IMG/VR virus record: IMGVR_UViG_3300042261_001929
Location: 1-64,000 of that record
Reading direction: 5' to 3' (one strand)
Length of the DNA: 64,000 nt
Source of the DNA: a virus
The notes below the pieces were generated by a model. It was not told the DNA's origin, did no database searches, and saw only the letters and a program-made list of their open reading frames with translations. Shown one piece after another: positions 58,149 to 64,000 of this stretch. The stretch's first letter is position 1; the number at the start of each line of letters is the position of its first letter. Position numbers and translations under genes: made by a program.

Positions 58149-58234
58149 CGGTGAGAAGGAGAATCGAACTCCTGTGAATCAATTAAGATTCAACGGTTTA
58201 GCAGACCGTCGCTATACCACTAAGCGACCTCACC
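58149..58234 (-). tRNA. tRNA-Ser(GCT)
   Basis: ACGGT-CTGCTAA-ACCGT, long variable arm, G73. Confidence 0.88.
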
Positions 58235-58261
58235 ACAGTACTAGGATATCATACCTAGTAT

Positions 58262-58942
58262 TTAAGACTTTCGGAAACACTCTGGTTCGCATACCTTGAT
58301 AAATTTGTCTGGATTGTGAACCTCGATTGTTACCCATTCTTTTGTTTCGTGCCAATTTTCTTTACAAATTTCTCTTCTCATTCCGATTCTAGGCACCATG
58401 TCACCTATTCTCATAATGACATCATTTGTAATATCTTGTGAAATCACAAACTCGGCATCACTGTTCTTGATTCCTCGTGGCACTAAGTAATAAACATTTT
58501 TTGGTATATGATCAACAACAAATGTTTTTATATCCCTGAATGCGGGCAGCTCATGTGATGATATTATATACTCGATGTCAAATTCCATTAAAGCGGATAA
58601 TAAGTTATCGCGAATTGTCTTTGTGCTATCAATTCCAACCAAACCGAATACCTTTTCACCATGAATGAAAACATAATCTTCGGTTTTGTGTATAGAACCA
58701 GATGCCACCATTTCTTTGAATCGGACATATCCAATATCTTTCCCACTCACCTCGTTAGTTGTGAACCCTTCAGCTACCATAAACATCTGATGTTTTCCAT
58801 CGAAATCAATATCTCTCGATACACCAATATCACGGGATGGTAATATCTTTCTTACAATATTTAACTCATAAATTTTACTAACGTCATTCAATAACTCAAT
58901 ATCTTCTACAGGAATTGCACCTTTCGGTATAAAATTTCCCAT
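58262..58942 (-). CDS. Shortened encapsulin/Linocin-M18-like (HK97-fold) protein
   Basis: VRKILP...EDYVFIHGE...GLVGI...AEFVISQDI...EWVTIEVHNPD. Confidence 0.55.
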   Translation of the reverse strand: MGNFIPKGAIPVEDIELLNDVSKIYELNIVRKILPSRDIGVSRDIDFDGKHQMFMVAEGFTTNEVSGKDIGYVRFKEMVASGSIHKTEDYVFIHGEKVFGLVGIDSTKTIRDNLLSALMEFDIEYIISSHELPAFRDIKTFVVDHIPKNVYYLVPRGIKNSDAEFVISQDITNDVIMRIGDMVPRIGMRREICKENWHETKEWVTIEVHNPDKFIKVCEPECFRKS

Positions 58943-58958
58943 TATTTTTCACATCCAT

Positions 58959-59600
58959 TTATTTTATTTGGGATATATATGGTCTACAGACCCTTACAAA
59001 CTCATCTGGTTTATGAATTTCAACCGTTGCCCATTCACTAATATAATGCCACCATTTCCCATCTTCACCTAAATATGGGGATTCCTCATGAAGGTCTTCG
59101 GATATCACAAATTCCGCAACCTCTGGATCAAGCATGGACTTCGCTGGTATAATATAATGTTCATATTTAGGTATATATGGACAATAATGTACGTCAATAC
59201 CACATGGATCTAACCATCGTGAAGAAGTTATTATGGAACATGGACTAAACTCTTTAATAGTGTTATATAAATCAGTTCGTATCGTTTTAGTGCTATCGAT
59301 ACCTATTAATCCTAATGAGCTTTCACCACATATAAAGCAATGGTCTTCTAATGAGAAGATGTTCCTCTTCGCGATCTCCTTTTCACGGTCGGCTATATCA
59401 TCTTTTTCATTTGTATACCAACCACACGCGAATTTATACATCTGATAATACTTTGCCCATGCGGACTCGTTGCCTTTTGGATCTTTTTCCCACCATCGGA
59501 CAATATCAAACTCGATCTTTCCGACATTTCGTATGGGAAGAATGCTCCTTAATACGTTTTCTCTTCCCTTAACATTTCGATCATATTTTACTCTTGTCAT
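58959..59600 (-). CDS. Shortened encapsulin-like protein, paralogue of 58262..58942
   Basis: LRSILP...EDHCFICGE...GLIGIDSTKTIR...AEFVISED...EWATVEIHKPD. Confidence 0.55.
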   Translation of the reverse strand: MTRVKYDRNVKGRENVLRSILPIRNVGKIEFDIVRWWEKDPKGNESAWAKYYQMYKFACGWYTNEKDDIADREKEIAKRNIFSLEDHCFICGESSLGLIGIDSTKTIRTDLYNTIKEFSPCSIITSSRWLDPCGIDVHYCPYIPKYEHYIIPAKSMLDPEVAEFVISEDLHEESPYLGEDGKWWHYISEWATVEIHKPDEFVRVCRPYISQIK

Positions 59601-59767
59601 TATTCACATCTTCTCTATTATTTATATTCCTTATTATTGTCAGTACGTCAGAAATTGTGCTCTCTACATACCGTTTGCTGACATTTGTTCTTATTATAAT
59701 TCCAGGTCGCAACAAAGGACTGGAAAACTCAATTTGATAGGTTTCATTCATAAAAAATCACTGTTAG

Positions 59768-59843
59768 GTTGAGGGGTGGGGTTTGAACCCACGATCACCG
59801 GATTCACAGTCCGGGGCTTTTATCCTGCTCAGCTACCCCCAAC
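59768..59843 (-). tRNA. tRNA-His(GTG) with encoded G-1
   Basis: CCGGA-CTGTGAA-TCCGG; G-1 pairs with C73. Confidence 0.85.
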
Positions 59844-59849
59844 ACGAAG

Positions 59850-59924
59850 CGGATCTGAAGGGATTTGAACCCCTGACCTATTGGTTCGTAGCCAATTGCT
59901 CTATCCAGACTGAGCCACAGATCC
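59850..59924 (-). tRNA. tRNA-Arg(ACG)
   Basis: ATTGG-CTACGAA-CCAAT; acceptor GGATCTG/CAGATCC. Confidence 0.88.
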
Positions 59925-60177
59925 TTATTCTTCTGATTATCGTTCTAATATTTAAACTTTACTACCGTACCAAAGACATTCCAACCAGCATACCAATTAT
60001 AAATATTGCAATAGCAATGTTAACAATTGATAGGATAAGAGCGTTTGGGATCTCTACAGAACTGTCCTTCATTTTGTTACCACTACCCTTTAAACGATAT
60101 GCCCATCATTACTCCAATAAGTAGGCATCCTGCTCCATAAAAAATAATTAATAGTGTCTCGATTGAAACATATTTCA

Positions 60178-60990
60178 TTACTCATACCTCTTGTTATACA
60201 TCCTTCTGACGACATCAAAGGTTTTTTGATACGCCGGTAGCCTGAAATACCCTTCAGCAAGGCACGCATGATAAATATCGTATATATGCTCTGGTGTCAA
60301 TCTTTCAAGCTCTTCTTCCAGTGTATCTGGATCGCTGCCCAATAACATTTTCATCGGGCGAATGATTATATGGGCCTCGTTGCTCACAATGAAATCCACA
60401 TATTCATGGACATTTCGTATGCCCGCAAAATTAATTCTCGATTCAATTGCAGCATTCAGCCCCCCGTATTTCCCATAGTAAACAAAGAACGCATCATTTT
60501 TGATGCCCCTTTGCTTCATGATATCGATTAATTTGCGTTCGTGCGTGCCTGTGATATTAACGTCATCAACAAAGATGAGAAGCTTTCCTTCTAAGAACTC
60601 TATGTTCATGTAGAAGTCATCGTTATTTATCAAAGCCTCGCGCTTTTCCTTGTTCAAGAATCCATAATCGTTAATATAAGACACTTTCCTGTGGATTGTA
60701 TCGTATTCCACTGGAGATCCATTTTCATGAACCAGTTGCTCATTTAACCGGTTCACAAAGTACTTTGTCATTATGGTTGCCGCGTTTGGTACATGGTTGT
60801 ACGGTGATGGAATCACTACCACCCGATTAGCAAGCAGCACGGCCATATGCTTCATAAAGAAGGCATCCGCCAACCTCTTCCCGAACTCCTTCGCGATTTC
60901 AACACTCCCGAATTTCAGCATAGAATATTCTCTTGGTTGAAACCCAAACCCCTCGTCACCAAAATGATGTAAAGCAAAGCTCTCATGCAT
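60178..60990 (-). CDS. ComF-like phosphoribosyltransferase (PRTase_3-type)
   Basis: YSMLKFG, PSPY..VP.AA, SY.NDYG.L, IFVDDVNITGTHE. Confidence 0.75.
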   Translation of the reverse strand: MHESFALHHFGDEGFGFQPREYSMLKFGSVEIAKEFGKRLADAFFMKHMAVLLANRVVVIPSPYNHVPNAATIMTKYFVNRLNEQLVHENGSPVEYDTIHRKVSYINDYGFLNKEKREALINNDDFYMNIEFLEGKLLIFVDDVNITGTHERKLIDIMKQRGIKNDAFFVYYGKYGGLNAAIESRINFAGIRNVHEYVDFIVSNEAHIIIRPMKMLLGSDPDTLEEELERLTPEHIYDIYHACLAEGYFRLPAYQKTFDVVRRMYNKRYE

Positions 60991-60995
60991 TTAAA

Positions 60996-61676
60996 TCAAC
61001 ACTCCGTGAGTATATTAAGCAATTCATCTGGACTATTCACGCCTAAGCTGTTTATTCCAGCATGGAATGCCCCCAACACATCACAGTTATAATTATCACC
61101 AACATGGACGATGCTATCTGCTTTTATTCCGACATCTCCCGCAAATAGTTTGATATGTTCAAAGAATGCCGGACTTGGTTTTGATCGCCCAACCTCATCA
61201 CTAAATATGCATCGATTAAACTTCAGTCCATTAGCGGTGAAGACATTCTTAAGAAACTCGCCCTTTATGAAATTTGTGTTGCTGCTTACGATAATTACTT
61301 TACTTAGACGTAGCTTCATAATGACCCTAACTAATTCAGGATTGATTTTTGGGGGAAATATCTCCACAAGTTTTTCCATTCCCGCTCTGATCACGTTTGA
61401 GCGAGATGAGCATAAATTTAATCTCTCCGCAAATATATTATATATCACTGGAATGGTTGGGATCACGCCAAGGGTTAACTCCATTTTGGATAGATCCATT
61501 TTTAGCCCGCCATATACGGATTCTACAGTATCTTTCGGCAATCCAAATGTATCGGAAATAAACATGGTCCTTGCTTTTGCGTATTCCTTGTTCGGAGTAA
61601 GAACTGTATTCCATGCATCCAACGATATGAATTTTGCATCCTTTAATATCTGATTCATAGAACAAAGTGTGGACAT
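60996..61676 (-). CDS. HAD-family hydrolase
   Basis: SLDAWNTV, SSNT, FSDEVGRSKP, HVGDN..CD. Confidence 0.85.
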   Translation of the reverse strand: MSTLCSMNQILKDAKFISLDAWNTVLTPNKEYAKARTMFISDTFGLPKDTVESVYGGLKMDLSKMELTLGVIPTIPVIYNIFAERLNLCSSRSNVIRAGMEKLVEIFPPKINPELVRVIMKLRLSKVIIVSSNTNFIKGEFLKNVFTANGLKFNRCIFSDEVGRSKPSPAFFEHIKLFAGDVGIKADSIVHVGDNYNCDVLGAFHAGINSLGVNSPDELLNILTEC

Positions 61677-61696
61677 GCCATTATATAATGCTTGCG

Positions 61697-62101
61697 CTAC
61701 AATCGTATTGTAAACGCTGCATATTTCCAGCTATTTATAATTTCGTCTGGTTTTAAAAACCTTGGAGCAAGATCTTTTGGGTATACAACTAATCCCCAGC
61801 TATCGGTGTTCCAATATTTTTCGGACAGGCACCTAACGACCATCCATCTTGTCATGTCCTCAGCCGTAACATCTCCCATCAATACAATGTTTCGATCGCG
61901 ATAATTGGGCACTTCTTCCCAAGTCCCGTCCTTCCGAGGAATTATTCGGTTACCGTTCTCACTTGATCTTATCGTAAAGTCATCACCAATTACCTTCTCT
62001 TTAGTCCTAAGCTTGATTCGCGAATTTAAACGCTCTATCTGCTCATATGAGAACTTGGGCTTCTTCTGAGGGAATAACCCGTTTAAAAGATTCAATATCA
62101 T
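61697..62101 (-). CDS. Hypothetical protein
   Basis: 134 aa; overlapping stop/start. Confidence 0.5.
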   Translation of the reverse strand: MILNLLNGLFPQKKPKFSYEQIERLNSRIKLRTKEKVIGDDFTIRSSENGNRIIPRKDGTWEEVPNYRDRNIVLMGDVTAEDMTRWMVVRCLSEKYWNTDSWGLVVYPKDLAPRFLKPDEIINSWKYAAFTIRL

Positions 62102-62343
62102 ATTGGTTCGCCCTCCGAGGTGTAATCATAATCATATACATCTTCTGAGTCGAGACGGTTTACTATCTCTTGGTAAGATTCGCGCGATATAATACTTCGT
62201 TCTACAAGGCTATCCAAGAGATCCCCCAAAAGCGCCTTCCCTTCCCAAGCACTCTCAGGATATCTCCCATAAAGTTTATCATACTCTACGCAAAATTTTA
62301 CAATGTCATCCAACTTTATAAGAATATCAGTCATTACTATCAA
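62098..62343 (-). CDS. Hypothetical protein
   Basis: 81 aa ORF in the gene run. Confidence 0.5.
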   Translation of the reverse strand: MIVMTDILIKLDDIVKFCVEYDKLYGRYPESAWEGKALLGDLLDSLVERSIISRESYQEIVNRLDSEDVYDYDYTSEGEPI

Positions 62344-63046
62344 CCAGCTTTATCTTCCCATCTTCAATAATCACATACCGGAACCTGTCTCCACCAAATC
62401 CCTCTTTAGAATACGGGTCAATGACATAAAAATTTTCCAATTTTCCTACGCTCTTCTCAATCCATGCCGGAGGAGTGTGCCCAACAACCTGAACTATGCT
62501 TTTGTACGGCAAGTCGTCAGGCTTTGGCCTATACCACAGTGGGCTATTGTCCTCCCACAAGTCCCTTAACTTCCTCGTGTTTAGGTAATGGGCTAAGCAA
62601 GTTGACGTGCTAGGAAAATCCTCTGTATAAAGATGACTATTAATCATTTTAATAAGTGGATCTATGTTTTGGAAATAGTAATCAGTTGATATTCCAGCAT
62701 GTGTTATCAATATGTTATGGACCTTATGTTTCGGAAATTCATCAACGTGGGCAGCCATCGTAAACATGGAGCTTATTGAAACTATTTTATCTCTCGTTTC
62801 GGTATCATATACATTTTGCGGCCAAATTGCCTTGTTCAACGGCACCGCTGCATCATGATTTCCCCACAAAAGTTCTGCTTCATTTTTGATAAGTAATGCA
62901 ATGCATTCGAGGCCCTGATCTCCCACATCGATGATATCACCGGCATGTATTAACCGGTCAACCCCGATCTCATAACCAGAGTCCTTTAGTGCATTTTTAA
63001 TTAAATGTGGTTGTCCATGACAATCACTTATTACAAGAGTTCTCAT
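62327..63046 (-). CDS. Calcineurin-like metallophosphoesterase
   Basis: SDCHG, GDIIDVG, GNHD, THAG, GHT. Confidence 0.85.
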   Translation of the reverse strand: MRTLVISDCHGQPHLIKNALKDSGYEIGVDRLIHAGDIIDVGDQGLECIALLIKNEAELLWGNHDAAVPLNKAIWPQNVYDTETRDKIVSISSMFTMAAHVDEFPKHKVHNILITHAGISTDYYFQNIDPLIKMINSHLYTEDFPSTSTCLAHYLNTRKLRDLWEDNSPLWYRPKPDDLPYKSIVQVVGHTPPAWIEKSVGKLENFYVIDPYSKEGFGGDRFRYVIIEDGKIKLVDSND

Positions 63047-63504
63047 TAGTTATACACCAACTCGTTGAGTTTGGACACGCATGTCTCCATACACTGTTTT
63101 TCCTTTATTGTGGCTTGATATTTACTTTCTAAAGTATTTGCTATATCTTTTACACATTCAACAACATCTGAATAATACTTAACGATTACTAGACATTCTT
63201 CAGCTCTTGACACATGAACATCGAGAGGCACGATTCTGTCCTTCGGAACCCGTTTGACTTTTCCCAAACTCAATGTGATCTCTTCTTCATCCCAAAAATA
63301 TCGCCGTATTCTAACTTCATATAGCTGCCCATTATGATCTATCAACCTCTTTGATGATATGCCATCACTTGGGATATATTTTTTTAGATGTTTCGGTATG
63401 TTCTTTTTTATGATGTCCGATTTGCAAGACTCAAAATTCTTTTCCTTTGGCTTCCGCTCATTTTCGTTAGCACAACAAAATAGCCTCTTTATAAAATTAA
63501 TCAT
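63046..63504 (-). CDS. Hypothetical protein
   Basis: GGTGA SD; stop and next start overlap (TAATG). Confidence 0.55.
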   Translation of the reverse strand: MINFIKRLFCCANENERKPKEKNFESCKSDIIKKNIPKHLKKYIPSDGISSKRLIDHNGQLYEVRIRRYFWDEEEITLSLGKVKRVPKDRIVPLDVHVSRAEECLVIVKYYSDVVECVKDIANTLESKYQATIKEKQCMETCVSKLNELVYN

Positions 63505-63534
63505 GTCTTATATCACCTTCAAAAAAAACAGTAG

Positions 63535-63611
63535 CGGATCTGGGGGGATTTGAACCCCCGAAATGGCGGGTTAAAAGCCCGCTGGACTCGGCCTGGCTAT
63601 CCAACAGATCC
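63535..63611 (-). tRNA. tRNA-Lys(TTT)
   Basis: GCGGG-CTTTTAA-CCCGC; acceptor GGATCTG/CAGATCC. Confidence 0.8.
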
Positions 63612-63619
63612 AAAAATAT

Positions 63620-63886
63620 TTAAATCTCGATCAGCTTTTTCGCTAAATCGAGAGGGAAAGACGCTCCTGTCTTCCCGATATCTGACGCGGCTCCAATTGG
63701 ATCATTCTCATATCGGAGACTTCCCATCCCAATGAATGCCTCTTCCCCATATTCTTCATTCCTTGTTATGACGATTCCAATGGGAAATGGATTATCCATT
63801 TGCTTAAACCATTTGTACCCAAGCAATGTCTTCATACAATTCCCTTTATCTCGATAGTATTTAAATCTTTCCCTACTTGATCTCAA
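63620..63886 (-). CDS. Hypothetical protein (likely starts at MKTLL)
   Basis: IGIV...AFIG...G..FP...A..L. Confidence 0.45.
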   Translation of the reverse strand: MRSSRERFKYYRDKGNCMKTLLGYKWFKQMDNPFPIGIVITRNEEYGEEAFIGMGSLRYENDPIGAASDIGKTGASFPLDLAKKLIEI

Positions 63887-64000
63887 TTAACATTATGGTA
63901 GGCTCGGTATCTTCACTGATAGGTACATCATTTATAGAATTTATGATGCCCTTCATCGCGAGTCGGTTGAGTTCATCCATCGCGCGATCGCTGAGATTAC

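Noticed and set aside
58262-59600. Encapsulin-like pair as the major capsid protein
   Set aside because: They are too short, duplicated and located among tRNAs away from terL and portal. No capsid or prohead protease gene is recognisable in this window.
57385-63735. ORFs 57385..57639, 59783..60124, 63550..63735 and the 5' extension of 57718..58182
   Set aside because: They overlap well-formed tRNA genes.
2932-63886. Stop-codon reassignment, suggested by the viral release factor
   Set aside because: Long recognisable genes are intact in the standard code. TAG, TGA and TAA all end genes at expected positions (for example portal and NAMPT end in TAG).
1-64000. CRISPR array or Borg-style tandem nucleotide repeats
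   Set aside because: No regularly spaced identical repeats were seen. The recurring motifs are protein-level and vary at synonymous positions.

Overview
A 64 kb internal segment of a large tailed (head-tail) archaeal virus or provirus. The archaeal host is supported by a tRNA-Thr intron that folds into a bulge-helix-bulge, aRF1, Pth2, GGTGA/GAGGTG ribosome-binding sites and BRE-TATA-like promoters. A gyrase-using host such as a methanogen is inference. Left half (about 2.9-29.6 kb, minus strand): terminase large subunit, portal, about 16 kb of large modular genes (8.9-24.6 kb), then a MuF (SPP1 gp7-like) head protein. The modular genes are strings of effector-like domains: ADP-ribosyltransferases, HExxH metallopeptidases, GNATs, JAB-like, Cys-His-Asp and radical-SAM-like. 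They are punctuated by 15 copies of a [KR]-x-N...C-x(8-12)-C tag, and small partner domains start the gene after most C-terminal peptidases. This looks like a virion-packaged, protease-processed effector cassette and is the main candidate new system. Right half: accessory genes including NAMPT, SLOG, PRTase/HAD, UDG, dCMP deaminase, a C1A protease, an intein-containing RNA ligase, Pth2, seven tRNAs (two with A34), a PD-(D/E)XK endonuclease and two encapsulin-like paralogues. The aRF1 gene carries an apparent prfB-type CTT-TGA-C +1 frameshift. gyrB runs off the left edge. All family calls come from motif recognition by eye; no searches were run.
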